From Toensbergia leucococca (taxonomy: Eukaryota), in contig JALDZS010000002.1 of NCBI GenBank assembly GCA_022813965.1, forward strand, positions 186,001 through 250,000: DNA of 64,000 bases, read 5' to 3'. Below, one piece after another: positions 1 through 13,739 of this stretch. The notes beneath the pieces were generated by a model. That model ran no database searches, was not told the origin of the DNA, and saw only the letters and a list, made by a program, of their open reading frames with translations. Each line of letters opens with the position of its first letter. The stretch's first letter is position 1. A program made the translations under genes and the position numbers.

Positions 1-584
1 TAGCTTTGTACGTCTGTATTCTATTGAGGCTGTGCAGTCTGCTGCGATATGGTGAAAACATACATCAACATAATCAGAGTCTCCAGTGATCATCTTCCCA
101 TTGCTATCTTTTGGCATAACCTTGTCCCCACGCGCAAATGGCGAAGGCCAATGCATGAGGTAGAGATCAAGGTAATCGGTGTCCAAATCTTTCAGTGAGG
201 CATCAAGTGCCGCTTCTACATCCTCAGGGTGATGGCTATTGTTCCACAGTTTCGTCGTGATGAATAGATTCTCCCTTGGGATACCACTCTTCTTGATTGC
301 TCGACCAACAGCAGGCTCAGTGCCATAGCTTTTAGGATGTCAGCCTTGTCTTTCTACTTATCACTTGGAGTACGCACATGCGAGCGGTATCAATGTGAGT
401 ATAGCCAGCTTTTAAAGCCTCAGCAACAGCATCTTCCTGAGAATCTTTGTCCTGCAGGGCGAACAGTCAATAGATGACTTTCGAAATTTCTGCGAGATGA
501 TGTATCAACCTGCCAAGTCCCGAATCCGATAGCAGGAATCTCGGCACCAGTGTTTAGCCTTTGCTTGGTGTTTAGTGTCGCCAT
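1..584 (-). CDS. Aldo-keto reductase (GCY1/YPR1-like), 3' end runs off the window start
   Basis: Spliced translation [25 protein letters not shown] / ...[12 protein letters not shown] / YGTE...[44 protein letters not shown]; these are AKR signature motifs ([20 protein letters not shown]). Confidence 0.93.
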
Positions 585-1223
585 GTTTCGACTGTTGGGC
601 GATAGTTGATTTGAGATTTGGCTAAGCCTGGATGTGGCAGCTTGAGTCATACGTGTAAGCATTGAGTATAATTGAGGGGTGGATGATATCAAAACCAGAG
701 ATCAATTGAACCTGCGTTAGTACTGCATGATGTAATAAGGTACGGTAGTGTGACTATACTCTTAGGTGTATCGAGTGTTGGACAAGAGAATTTAGCAAGA
801 CCATTTATGTAGCAATAGTAAACATGCGCCGAGTCTTGTCAATCGGTCTTTCCCAGACCTAGAGATCGCGGTATCTCTACCATTACCCCTAAGATGCGTC
901 AACGAGCATCTTGGCTGGAAGTGTCGTCAGTAAGTCAAGGTATTGATCATCCACGTGGGGTAGTGGGGCGAGCGCCACAGATACTGCCGATCATTGTGGC
1001 TGAGCGCAAAACCGGAATTCGAATAGCTCGTTCTCCCGCACCAGGAACAGTCTCCCCACGCAATTCCTACAGTCATTCATTGTCTATCTATTTCATTTCT
1101 CTCTTGTGTATCTGTTCTCCCTTCTACCTCAAAGAAGACTATGCTACATTGAAAACTCTTGCCATCGACTCCTCATCTCAATTTCTGTTTCTCAACGCTG
1201 TTTACAGCATTTGCATGATCACT

Positions 1224-1973
1224 ATGCTCGTGCCTGCCTTTGTCGTCCTTGGTCTCGTATCTTCCTCAATCGGTGTTCCAGACCGGGTCGAGAAGAGGCA
1301 AGATTACTCTGAGCTCATAACACTGTGGGTATCCTATTCGACTGCTCAAGCTACAATCTGAACTCATTTACTTAGCGCCTCAATTGCCGGTATAACTCTA
1401 CCAACGGATCCTGCAGTCCTCCTCAGCTTAGGCCCTTTTGCGAACAATCTAGCCAGTGCTCTCCCCACATCCTCCGTTCTCTCAGTCCTCGAGACCGCTG
1501 CCCCAAAGTCGTTCATCAGCGGCGTCCTCTATGATCCTTCCTACGCAAGTTCCTTTGAATCTGCCTTTGCCGCTGGCTCTTCGCCGAGTTGGTTCAACGC
1601 ATTGCCAACCGATGTCAAGTCATATCTACATACATATTCCAATTATGGGGCAATTGCGACAGCTGCGGCTGCAATCGAGTCTGCCACGAACAACGCAACG
1701 GTAGGAGCAACAGGCTCGGCAAACATGACTGAATCGTCCACCTCACAAAATACTGCTGCTACTTCCTCGTCGTCAAGTATAGCAGCATCGCCAATGACAA
1801 CGACGGGAAGCTCAACAACAAGCGCGTCTTCATCCAGTGGATCATCGACAAGCGGGAGTTCTTCGGCTTCGCCTGCAACTGATTCGAATAGCGGTGCTTC
1901 TCATCACACCGGAGCCATTGTCGCAGGTCTTACCAGTTTAGTTGGAGTTCTTGCTTTAATAGCCGCTCTATAG
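1224..1973 (+). CDS. Secreted, probably GPI-anchored Ser/Thr-rich cell-wall protein
   Basis: Signal peptide MLVPAFVVLGLVSSSIG, Kex2-type EKR, one intron (about 1325-1375), PSWFNALPTDVKSYL segment, Ser/Thr-rich stalk, candidate omega site NSG and hydrophobic C-terminus AIVAGLTSLVGVLALIAAL. Confidence 0.85.
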
Positions 1974-2553
1974 CCAAAGCCATTCATGTCGAAAGCATCA
2001 TCGGGGTGAAAACAAGATATCTTTTTAACATATTCCAGGGTTAAAGCCGTGTCGTCACATATTTTTTCATATTTTCTTTTGAAATATCATATTTAGCGTG
2101 AAAAGACCGCAAAAAGACACATTTTCTGCAAGCACGGAGACACAGGAATTTTTGTGACGAGTCTGAGGCGGCTTGCAACAAGGCACATTTGGGGAACCAC
2201 ACATAATTTGTAAATGATAGTTATTGTCTGAATGACCTCGTCAGAGAAGTGTGACGCTCAAGTACTCGAGAGCGTTCTGTGCTGATCAGAATATCTTTGA
2301 TATCGAACTTTCACTCATAAATGGCAGTCCAGTGTTACTCCCATGCTCAATGGCTAGCAACAATGACATGTATATCCTGGGAGATGGACTCAGGGATGAA
2401 ACCAAATGATGGATTAATAGCATAGGTGATTGAAATCGACTTGCTTGGAAGTTTAATTTGTGTCCCTGAAGCATTGTTATGGCCGCAACAAATATGCTAA
2501 ATAATCCCTCATCGATCCCCTCAACTCGAAAAGAAATCCAATATTCCAACCAT

Positions 2554-3121
2554 CTAATCATCAGCCTATAGTGAAATTAGTTAATTTTCCGACATTCGAC
2601 CCTTCATTTTTAGCAAAGGAGGCACCACGTACCTTCACAGCATACTTCCTCTGCGGGAAATGAATCTGCTTCTTCTTTTGCTTTTCCGACACAATGCCAG
2701 CCTCATGCTTCGACAAACGCCTCCTAATGGCACGAGTCTTCTTGGATCGTAGATCGAGAGGGAGGTATTTTTTGGTCTTGTAGAAGATGCGGAGCTGGGA
2801 GCGCTGATTGGCGTTGATGACGGTGAGGACACGAGCGACGGATTTGCGGAGGTCGTGGCTGCGGTTGGAGTGGTGAGCGGAAATCTTTCTCCCTGGCGAC
2901 AGAGGAATATTGACTTGGCTTACATCTTTGTGAGTTTTGAAGCGGCGCCTCCAGCAATTTTCTGAACACGGAGTTGTCCCAGCTCCGTCTTCAGGTCTTC
3001 GAGTTGCTTTTTGAGATCTTCCTTGCTCTTACCCCAGAGCTGACCGGTTCTGACCTTTGATGTTGACTGCTATACTCGTCAGCTGAAGCCAAGCTATAGC
3101 GGGTTTAGATCCTCTGACCAT
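2554..3121 (-). CDS. RPL35: 60S ribosomal protein L35 (uL29)
   Basis: Missed by the ORF track. Four exons: ATG / [47 protein letters not shown] / ...[72 protein letters not shown] / ADD*. Confidence 0.96.
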
Positions 3122-3395
3122 CTTGAAATATGCGGTGGTCGTTGATGGCGCAGAAATGGCGATGTTGTTGTCTGAACTTTGATGTGTGCGTAGGGCAGAT
3201 TCACGCTATTCCAATTAACCGAGACCACTATTCCTGAAGAAGGTATGATCTTCATTCTGGGATTACAATTTAGAGGTAGCATATGTTGCAAATTCATGCT
3301 GCACGCTGTCCTCATTTATCCTGAATAACTACGCTTTGGACTGTGTACGGCATTCTCAAAGCTATCGATGCGCTGAGACTTTCAAAGACTGATTT

Positions 3396-4205
3396 ATGTC
3401 GACGTCGACAGGCACAGGGTGGGCGCAACTGCGTCAGCAAGCTCGGTCACTAGAGACCCAGGTGAGGAGTATCTGCATGCTCATTTTTCAAACATAACGT
3501 TGACTCTGAATAGACAGATGCGCTCTTTCACACATACTCCCAATTTGCTTCAAGCACAAATATCCCGCCAAAGCCATCAGAAGACGAGCACAAAACCGAA
3601 ACGCAGCTCCAAGATATCCTGGAAAGGGTATGTACTAAATTTGACTTCGATCTGTATTACGACAGGGGCTCAATGAGTGCTGATATACGATACGGCTCCA
3701 GCGAGAGGCCCTCGTTTCTCAACTCTCCCGCCTTCTTGACTCGGAATCCGTTCTCACAGCCTCGGCTCTAAAACAAAACAACCTCTCTCGTCACCGTGAG
3801 ATCCTCCTTGACCATAGACGTGAGCTTTCTCGCCTTCGATCTACCATAACAGAAGCTCGCAACAGAGCGAACCTACTCTCCAATGTTCGGTCCGATATCG
3901 ATGCCTACCGATCCTCGAATCCAGGGGAGGCGGAAGCAGATTACATGCTCGATGAGAGAAGAAGGATAGACAATAGTCATAGCATGGCTGATAGCGTACT
4001 CAGTCAGGCGTATGCTGTGAACGAAAGCTTTGGGGTGCAGAGAGAAACACTGGCGAGCATTAATCGGAGGATTGTTGGTGCGGCGAGTCAGGTGCCTGGG
4101 ATCAACAGTCTAATGGGGAGGATAGGTGCTAAGAAAAGAAGAGATGGTATTATATTAGGGAGCTTTATTGCGGTTTGTTTTCTTGTGCTGTTGTATGTTT
4201 GGTGA
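3396..4205 (+). CDS. GOS1: Golgi SNARE Gos1
   Basis: MSTSTGTGWAQLRQQARSLETQ, two introns, SNARE region and C-terminal KKRRDGIILGSFIAVCFLVLLYVW tail anchor. Confidence 0.93.
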
Positions 4206-4590
4206 GAATATCCTGGCATTCTGAAGCATCCTCGGTGTTTGGACTGAATTTATATTGGAAAGTATTTCTTTAAGAGAGTACCCTGGGAGTGCTGATTGAG
4301 AATTGTTACCACCTTCTCACTACGATCTTTGGTTTATCAATCTTTAGAATGAACTGATAATGTCATTGGCTAGATTCTATGACGCAATTGAACATAAAAT
4401 TGGAAAGCTTGGTAACATTAAGCTTTGATCGACTCAGGGATCTAGGAAGTTCCCTCTACCTACCTTACCAAATCAAGTTTGGTGATTTCAACTCGGAGCT
4501 TTTTGGATTAGCACCAGTGTCTACCATCAGTGATAAACAACGAGCGAAGACCATACTTGCTCATGAAGCTAGATTTTCAAAAAGTTCAAC

Positions 4591-6272
4591 ATGCCAAGTG
4601 AGATAGTTACCTCGTTTTTGGGGGCACTCCAAGCTTCGTTATCGGTACTGTTAACAATATGCTATGGAGTCATTGCCGCCCAATTGAATTTGCTGAGCGA
4701 CTCGAGTGCAAAAGATATCAGTCAAATATGTGTGCGAATGTTTCTGCCCGCACTCCTTATCACCAATGTGGGAAGTCAACTTCACGCCGATACTGCAATT
4801 CGATATGTCCCAATCCTCAGTAAGCTGCCTCAAGACCAATTGACCTATAAGTCTGTTGATTGTCTACAGTCTGGGCTCTCGTCACTACTTTGGCGTCCAT
4901 GCTGCTGGGTTTTGTCTTTACCCGCCTGTTCAAGCTCCCTTCTTGGACCACACCTGCCGTCACCTTCAACAATACTACTTCACTCCCTCTTCTCCTTATC
5001 CAGGCTCTCGACGCCACTGGAGTTCTGTCGGGGTTGTTGATGTCTGAAAGTGATACTACCTCCGCAGCTGTTACTCGCGCGCAATCCTACTTCCTAGTAT
5101 GCGAAATTGTAACGAATTCCTTGACATTCGCTATTGGGCCGAAACTGTTGGACGGGGGAGAAGCACCTCCTCAGGACCTGGAGGAAAAGAACGAAGGCAA
5201 AGGCAATGATGAAGTATCGGCGAGTGGTGTAGAAGGATCTCGAGACGAAGAAAATGGCTATAATCGTCGACCCTCCCCAGAACCCAATAATCATAACAAT
5301 GAAAGGCACTTTAACAGCGAAGAAGAAGCTGATGAGCATACATCTCTTATACCCGACTTCCTTGTCAGTCGTGGTGCTAAAGCAGAACACGTAAGCTATC
5401 TTGTTGGCAAAAAATACTGGGATCGATTTCCTCACTGGGCGCAGACGTTGCTCGCATTCTTCTATGCATTCTGTCATGCGCCCCTAATGGGCGCTATTAT
5501 TGGGGCTATCATTGGGCTTGCGCCCCCACTACATCGGGCATTCTTCAATGACCAGCAAGATGGTGGATTTTTCAACGCTTGGCTTACTATAAGTGTAAAG
5601 AATGTTGGCCAGCTTTTTGCCGCTTTGCAGGTTGTGGTAGTAGGGGTGAGGCTGAGTAAGAGTTTGCGAAGAATGAAGCGCGGGGAGGAGAGTGGGACTG
5701 TTCCATGGAGGCCTATGGTTTTTGTGTTTTTTGTGAGGTTCGCCCTGTGGCCCGTGTGAGTGCCTCCGCAAACCCTTTCTACTTCCAAAAATCAGCTTAC
5801 TAATTAACCTCTCTCAGCATCTCGATCTCAGTAATCTACCTTATCGCCTCGCGGACCAGTATCCTCTCCCGAGACCCCATGCTCTGGTTCACAATGATGC
5901 TCATGCCAACTGGCCCGCCTGCCATGAAAATCACCGCCTTGGCAGACATCCACAACAGCAAAGAGGGCGAAAAGATGAGTATCGCAAAGTTTTTAACTGT
6001 GAGTGACTCCCATCCTTAGAACTTGGTAACCCCCTTTTCCCAGAACCCACTTTCTCTACAACCACTCTCTCTACAATCAAGTAAAAAGCCGCTTTTGACT
6101 CACCATTGCAACACTCAAAATCTCGAACTCCCCAGGATACTTCGCAGCAATAGCATCTATGACTTTGCTAATACCCTTCACCCTATAGATCGCCTACCTA
6201 ATCAGCCCTCTAATCTGTTTCGCCGTGGTGGGAAGCCTCAAAGCCAGCGAGGCAGTCCTGGCACAGGGATGA
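4591..6272 (+). CDS. Auxin efflux carrier/PILS-like membrane transporter (Mem_trans family)
   Basis: Multi-TM protein with CVRMFLPALL, FNNTTSLPLLL, an acidic central loop, MLMPTGPPA and last exon IAYLISPLICFAVVGSLKAS; three introns. Confidence 0.85.
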
Positions 6273-6954
6273 TTGACATTTGCAGCTTTCATCATGTACA
6301 CAAGCAATTACATACAATGTACATAAAGAATAATATACCCCACCTCCCTCGCGCCTCAGTCATCAATTTCATGAGACTCCCAACCCTGTCATCCCATCCG
6401 AAACCTCCGAAGTCCCTTTCTGCTAAACTTGCACTCTTTGGAGAATTGCAAAAAGAATAGACAATAGAGTAGGAAGAAGGTATTTCAACAAGTGATCTTC
6501 TCACGCTCTTTAATAAAAAAAGGGGGCATGATGGATTCTGGGGCGAAAAGAAAGACCGAGCGCAGGTCTTTCAGGCGAACGAGAATCACCAAATCTGCGT
6601 ACCATATCATATCTCATAACGCCCTGCCTCAAGAGCCCACCCTCCCCACCTTCACTACCGTAAAGATGCGCGCGATTTCAGGTTCTTTGATTTACTAAGT
6701 TGCTCATTCCTCAACACTACATTTTTGCTCATTTCACCATGCTAGGCGCTATTGGGTATCGTTTATTTTATTGGGGGGGGGTTTGTAAGAGGACTTATTC
6801 GCATTAATTTCCTCTCTTCCCAGGGGGTTTCTGTGTCAGATGAATAGCCCCCCTTTTTTTTTTCTTTTTGGAAGAGTGTAGGGGGGTAGCTAGTGAACCC
6901 CTTGAAGCACCACGACGGGGGTGTAGGGGGTTTTGGGGCTGATGGCGGGGGCGC

Positions 6955-6973
6955 GAGAGAGAGAGAGAGAGAG
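6955..6973. repeat. (GA)n microsatellite inside a low-complexity, homopolymer-rich intergenic region (about 6.5-7.9 kb)
   Basis: gagagagagagagagagaga read directly; poly-A, -T, -G and -C runs nearby. Confidence 0.85.
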
Positions 6974-7991
6974 AAATATGGTCACAGGGTTGTGTGTTTG
7001 ATTTGGGGATGTGAAAGGCGTGACGTGGTGCCTTTTGCTTCCTCTCGCTGAATTTTCGGGGTACCCGTTCCGGTTCGTTTCGGACAGTACCTCCCCGGCC
7101 CCCACCCCCCCTTGTTTTTTCTTTTCCCCAAAAAAAAAAAAAAACCTAACACGATGGTTATGTGCTCCTTCGACCCACACACACATCTGCTGAAGCCCTG
7201 GGAAAAGAACTAGATCGAGAGGGGGGTGTGAGCCGGATTTTTCGTCTATTTGAATGTTTCCATCGGAGAGAAGGGGGGGGGAGTTGGAGTACGGAGACCT
7301 TTGAGATTTTAATGGGTGGTTTTTCCTTTTGGCGAAAGGAAGGGGGGGGTTGTTTTTCCGGCTTTTGACGAGGTGGAGAAATTGGGAGGAGGGAGGTTAG
7401 GTATGCCACTGGGAAATCGCTGATCCTTTTTATTCTTTGGAGGACACAGAAATTCGCGGTCTGGATATGGGGTGGTTCAAGCTGGACGGGTTTGGGGGCA
7501 AGGTTTAAGAGTGACTGTTTTAGTTTGCGATGCCTGGTGATGCCAAAAATTGGGCCCCCGGGAGGGGAAGGGGGAGGGGGGCTTTGTTTACTTGATTGAT
7601 GAGAGCATGATGGTGACATGACCAGAATTCCAGCAATACAATTGGCAATGTACCCGACGTGCAAGAATCACATCCCGCAGTACGCTTGGAATCTTCGGAA
7701 ATTTTGCTGGTGATTGAATTCATAAAGTTCATAATCACACCCTGGGCCCCTAAGAAAAGAAAAGAAAAGTGCACGCCATCTAAAAAAAAAGTGTCATTAA
7801 AAAAAAACCAATGCTCCAGTTCCGTAGTATTATCATCATCCTATCAGTTCCTATGTTTCCTCATCGCGTAATGTCATGCTCGCGTGCCCACCTCGCTCGT
7901 CACATACTCGTGCTCAAAAAGAGAAAGCTCATCAAAATCGTCAAGCCATGTCTTGTCACTAATCGTCATTCTCCACCTTTATCTTCCCAGC

Positions 7992-9881
7992 CTAATATCG
8001 TGTTGGCGGAGGCCCCATAGGAGGGGGAGGTAAAGCACCTGAAGAAGAGTATGGATTCCCGTCCTGATACCTCGGGCCTGACCCATAGCCGTTTTGGTAA
8101 CCCTTGCCTAGATTCGGCTCGGAATTTCGATAGCTACCGTTACTGCCGCCATCGTTTGTACTCCCCCTCTTCTTAAGACGCTTCTCATGTCTTTCTAGCC
8201 GCTTGTGGTCGTATTCAATGGTTTCATCTCTCATTTCCTTCATTTCCTTCCACTCGCTGAAAGCTCCTTTGATACCCAAAGCCGCGATCCCAATGCTTGC
8301 AGCATCCTGGAGGCGGGCTTTATTTTTCTTCTTCTTCGCTTCTTCTGGGCTCATCTTACCTTCGGCTACTTCCTTGTGTCGCTTGTCTCTATTTTCCATA
8401 GACTGATATACAGAATGAGCAGCGTGAATTGTGGCCACACTGGCAAGACCTGCGGTAAGGTACTCTTTGCCCTTCATCTTCTTCACCCGGCGCTCATCTT
8501 CGGATGACGAGATTTCATCTTCGGAGCTCTTGGAGCTGCTGCTGCTGCTGCCACCCCTCTTCTCTTCACCTCCTCCACCACGAAGACGTGCACCGCCTTG
8601 CTGTGAGTACCCATCATCATCACCACGTCGCGAGACACGGTTATCTCGGCTACCACGATCATCCTGTTTCTCGCCAAGACCAAGAGCTGCCATGCCTTTG
8701 TTCATACCACCCCTCACATAATCTGTGACACTCTTACTTCTTTTGTTGCGAGGTGGGCTTCGGCTGTCGTAGCTTGACTCGCTGGAGTCTCTACGACCTC
8801 GACCTCTTGATTTATCTCGCTTCTCATATCGATCGTAAAGGGCCTTTCCGGCAGCTGCTGCTAATCCTGCACCTGCTAGAGCGGTACCTGTTCCTCCGCC
8901 TCCGCCTCCGCCTCCACCACCGCGACCACGGGACTGCGATCGATCACGACCGCCACCCCGAGACTGCGATCGATTGCGAGAGCCGTTGACCAATTTGTTA
9001 GTAACCAGACCTCCTAGAACCGCTTGTATCGTATTGGTAGTGCCTTTTTTGTTGGGATCTTTATCGGCAAGTCCATCAATACCTCCTGCACCAATGGCAG
9101 CAGTGAGCACCCGTCTTCCCTTGTCTCCACCCCAGCCGCCTGGATCCTTGCGGCTTCGGAATGCCTCAACAGCCCCGGCAGTGAGAGCCGCCTTAACAGC
9201 TTGCTCGATTTTCTTTTGCTTGTCATCTTTCCCACCGCGTGATCGCGAGCGAGAATAGTCTGAACTAGATGAGCGTTGGCGGCGGTCGTAACCACCACGG
9301 CTTCTGTTGCGAGATCGTCCTTGTTGATTGTCAGCTGCATTACCAGCAAGGCTTCCTAGACCGATTGCTGCAAGAGCCTGCTCGCTCATTGATTTCCGGC
9401 GCTCTTTACGGGGTGGTGGACTCTCAGACATAGAATCAGAATCGTAGTCCTTTCGTCGATGACCTAAGCCAGTTTAGGACAACACCACAATGGAGATGAT
9501 GGGTAACATACCTCTTCTATCATCATCGCGCCTACTGCGTCTGCCAGCTCCAGCGTCCGAACGACGAGGATCGCCATAGCTACTTCCGCCATAGCGATCA
9601 GCCGAGCGAGCACGTTGAGGATAGTCATCCCGATATTTAGTACGTCGTTTATATGTACTATCGCCGGGAGCGAAATCACGTTGGACTTCTTCAATGTCGC
9701 CATCGTCATCATCACGAGGTCGGCGGACTAGGTCCATTTGTGGGCGTTGGCGTGGTGGTCCATTTCGCGATTCAATAAATTCTTCCTCTTGGTAGACTGG
9801 CGGATCACGACGAGAATGTCGATGACGCTCAGATTTATGGCGGCGAGGGGGTTCCTGTGTATCATAAGAAGCATAGGACAT
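7992..9881 (-). CDS. DUF3824-like Arg/Ser/Gly-rich fungal protein
   Basis: Two exons (intron about 9463-9510). Segments AALTAGAVEAFRSRKDPGGWGGDKGRRVLTAAIGAGG and TAGLASVATIHAAHSVYQSME...LQDAASIGIAALGIKGA are typical of this Pezizomycotina family as recalled. Confidence 0.75.
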
Positions 9882-10916
9882 GATTGTAGTAACTGATCAG
9901 GTTGCAAGTCGGTTGACCTCGGAGCAGGGTGGGGTGATTTAAGTCTTGGTGCAAAAGTCGAAATGTATTCGGTCGATATCTTTGTAATTGCAATGTAGTA
10001 GAAGTAATGATGTGATGAATCGGAGAGATTGTATGCGTAGCACTTTTCAGATTTGTAGGTTGTTGTCAAGTTATTTGTTGTCAAGAATAACGAGGGGCCC
10101 GCGTGTTTTAGTACATGGCAGATTCGAGGGACTGCGACGCTTGCTTCCACGAGGAGAATATTTAGGTAATGTAGGAAATGGCGATGTGAAGGCTTGCTAC
10201 ATATCAATGAAAGAAGCCGTGAATGTGGGAGTTTGGATAGGAAGCTCTGCGATATGAAGAGAAGATGTCGGAAGGGCTTTGATGGTGGCGCGTATTTCGT
10301 ACGTCACTTCCGGGCGCACCCAGCTAAGCAGGGTTTCAACTTCCAAGGCCAAGGCTCGAGGGGCTTCTGTCATGCAGAAAGCCTAAATCCACCAGCTGTC
10401 GACTACTCGTACAGTTACATACATAATTCATTTGCAGCCTGATACATACCCTACAGTCTTGTGACCAATCAACAAAGTGTGTTGAGATCAAAGCCCCTTA
10501 GATTCGATCAAGAAAAGCCTGTCACGCTGTTTACCGAGCCGATATTCTAAGAGCCGTGCAAAGCTGCGGTTGTGACCGAGGCATTGAGGCACTTCTTCCA
10601 AATGCTCCCCCTTCTTCACAGCTCTGTGTGACTCGGACTTCCACAAAAACACAGAGAATTGATGCTTGATCGGTGATAAATCTCCGGCTTAACGGGCACC
10701 ATTCGAAAGGCTGGGGACGGTGATCATTGAGGTTCATATCAAATTATGCTCCCTTCCCGAATTGGCTAGCGCTATCTGGGGCCTCATTAGATCGTGGTCT
10801 GCGGGATGAAATGACGATGACAATTCAAAAAATACCCGGTGAGGTGTGAATATTTATTAGAATATGAAACTCTCCATCTCTCGAAATGTTTGAACGTCGC
10901 CGTATGGCTTGGCTTG

Positions 10917-12061
10917 ATGTCTTTCAATAACACCAATACAGACATCCTTGTGGTAGGTATGAATACTTCTCTAACGCTAACTAGACTTACTGATCGAAGG
11001 AAAAGGCCGGCGCATTTGCTGCATTTACAGTTGATCTCCTAGTCTATCCACTCGACACCATCAAGACTCGCTTGCAGTCTCCAGACTACAAACGACTCTA
11101 CACTAATGTCTCCACAAATACGATCGAAAGGTCTCTCTTTCGTGGCCTGTATCAAGGAATTGGTAGTGTAATAATAGCTACCGTCCCCTCTTGTAAGTTC
11201 TGGTCTTTGTCGACCTCTTTAATTTAATTCATTCACTCACCAATTTCAGCAGGAGCATTCTTTACCACCTATGAAGGTGTCAAAGCACTCCTGATCCGCG
11301 CCAACCCTACCCTCTCCAATGGTCACTCCGTTCTCCCAACTCCCCTCATCCACTCCGCTGCCTCCTCAATCGCTGAGCTAGTCTCATGTTTTATCCTCAC
11401 CCCAGCCGAAGTCCTAAAACAGAATGCTCAGATGGTCTCCAAACCTCGCAACTCCACAACCAAAGCTTTTGATGGTAATGCCACATTAGTCGCCCTCCGG
11501 AAATTCAATAAGCCGAGTCAATTGTGGAGAGGGTATGCAGCACTTGCGGCAAGGAATCTCCCTTTCACGGCGATGCAGTTCCCAATGTTTGAACATTTGA
11601 AGAAGAGTATACAAATCTATCGGAAACAACATGGGCGATATAGTGGGACATTGTTGGAAACTGGAACTATCACGGCAATTTCAGCTGGGGCGGCAGGCTC
11701 AGTAGCAGCGATTATCACCACCCCGATTGACGTAATCAAAACTCGGATTATGCTGAGTGCTGCCGGAGAGGGCACGGACGGGGGAATGCAAGCTGCAAAA
11801 GTGGTGGAAGCACATGGAAAGGACGTAGACGCAGAGATCAAAAGAGCGCAAATGGAAGCTCGAGGAGGAAGAGCCGGGGGAATTGCTGTTGGTAGAGAGA
11901 TATTCAGGACGGAAGGAGTGAAAGGCTTGTTCAGAGGTGGGGCATTGCGAGGGATCTGGACAGCGCTAGGGAGTGGTTTATATCTTAGTACTTACGAGAG
12001 TGGGAGGAGTTGGTTAGAGAACAGAAGGACTGGGAAGAAAGAAGGGCCTGCCATCGGTTGA
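10917..12061 (+). CDS. PET8: Mitochondrial carrier protein, S-adenosylmethionine carrier-like
   Basis: Three PX[DE]XX[KR] signatures (YPLDTIKTRLQ, TPAEVLKQNAQ, TPIDVIKTR), ARNLPFTAMQFPMFE; two introns. Confidence 0.8.
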
Positions 12062-12355
12062 GCAAAATCGCCAGAGGCACAGAAATATAAGAGTGAGTAG
12101 TGCTATCGACCTATTTTGCCCCAGCTTGTTGGCACTATATTTACAGCGTAGGCTTTCAATATATGGATGGATGAAGTTCCTCCAGCCGTCGATGCTGAAA
12201 GGATCCGATTTCCTACGGCTGATAAGTCAGCCAGCGATTCAGCCAGCCAGGAGAGAACATGAGAAATATTTTGAGTGAGTCGCCTTTAATTTCTGAACTT
12301 TTCTACTGAAATAATTCCTTCCTTTGGTTCTCTCATCCAATTCAATAATGCCTTA

Positions 12356-13280
12356 TCAATTTCCCCGGTCTACCAGTGCTTTTGCTAGAATCGAACTCTT
12401 CGGGTGTTCAGACACTTCTGCTCCTGACCACAAGAACGCAGGACTCAAAATTGGCTGGTGATGAACGATACGAAAAAGTATCACACATATAATAGGAAGA
12501 GGATGAATTGCTCTTTGAGCATATGATCTGATCTTGACACCCTTCTGAAGCCTCGAGATGATTCTATCTCCCTGTGACTTTCTATGTTCAAATCTCCAAG
12601 TTCGTCGCTTCGGACACATTGCTATCATTGCTTCCCATCCCTTTCAATTCCATAAATATCTAACAACTTGATCAACGCAGGGGTTTGATAGATCCAAGTC
12701 TTGTCTTCTCATCGTCCATTCAATGTTGCCGAAGCCATGAGACTTTCACACGATCAGGTCCTTGGAAAATATGCATGAACACTGCTCAGGCATCCATCAA
12801 TGCATCGTTCAAATTTGATTATCGTGCCATCCTGAACCCTACCCCATCTCCTGGGATCAAGTCTCATCTTGTAGACTGCGTTGTGCCCATTTCCCTCCAC
12901 CAAACTATACGTACCGTTACCCGTCACTTCTGCTGCTGTCAGCTCGTTAAAGTCATACTTCTTTATCAACCAGTGCAGATACCCATCTTCATACGCCCGA
13001 GTCTCCATCAGTCACATCGAACCGATCCTTCGATTTTCCCACAACAAGAGGCCCATTCTCCAGTCCAAACTCGTCGCAACCGTTCGTCTCGCCTCCGGTC
13101 CCTACTTTGCATGCCTTTCTTACCTTCCACCATCTACCCAAATCCCATCTCATCCGCCCTCGACCATCCACCCTTCTACGCCTAGCAACCTTGCTACAGA
13201 AAACGAACAGATCCTCCTCGCCCTTGCACCGAGCTAAGATGAGCGCAAACTGCAATATCAAGAATCCCGAGTCGCATCAT
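12356..13280 (-). pseudogene. Fragmented coding relic, unidentified (one fragment has a kinase-like GxGxYSxV loop)
   Basis: Several short coding-like frames on the minus strand that cannot be spliced into one ORF; GNGTYSLV in ORF 12754-13008. Confidence 0.3.
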
Positions 13281-13739
13281 CATTTGTTTGCCCCACACTT
13301 TCTTTTGTGTTAAAAAAACGAAAAGAGCGTCTTTTTTCTGGGGCCGCTGTCTTCGACGACATACTCGTGATAACCAGCTGCAAAGGGGGTTCAGTGCCGC
13401 ACAGGTAGGCTTGCCGCAAAAAAAGGGGGGGTAAGTAAAATCACGAGTGTCCATGGAGCTTTGCTTTAAATTCTCCAGCCTTTTTCTGCCCTTTCTTGGG
13501 AAAAATGGGGAGAGAACGGCGGTCTAGACTTTGGGTTCGTTTTTTGTGACTCACATGTCCCCATATATGAGTTAGGCTTTTTCTTGCCGGGAATGAGGAA
13601 ATGTTAGGTTTTGAGTTTAAAATGAAATCGCTGTATTTGGCTAAGTGGACGTTGTCTGGCTCTTTTGTCGAGTAAATTCCTGATCGTAGGTATCAAGAGC
13701 ACTTCACATGTGCAGGCCCCATGGAATTGCGTCAGGATT

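Noticed and set aside
6460..7990. Short ORFs in the homopolymer-rich intergenic region
   Set aside because: Low-complexity DNA with no domain signal.
8203..9258. Multiple plus-strand ORFs over the DUF3824-like gene
   Set aside because: Antisense shadows of a low-complexity coding sequence.
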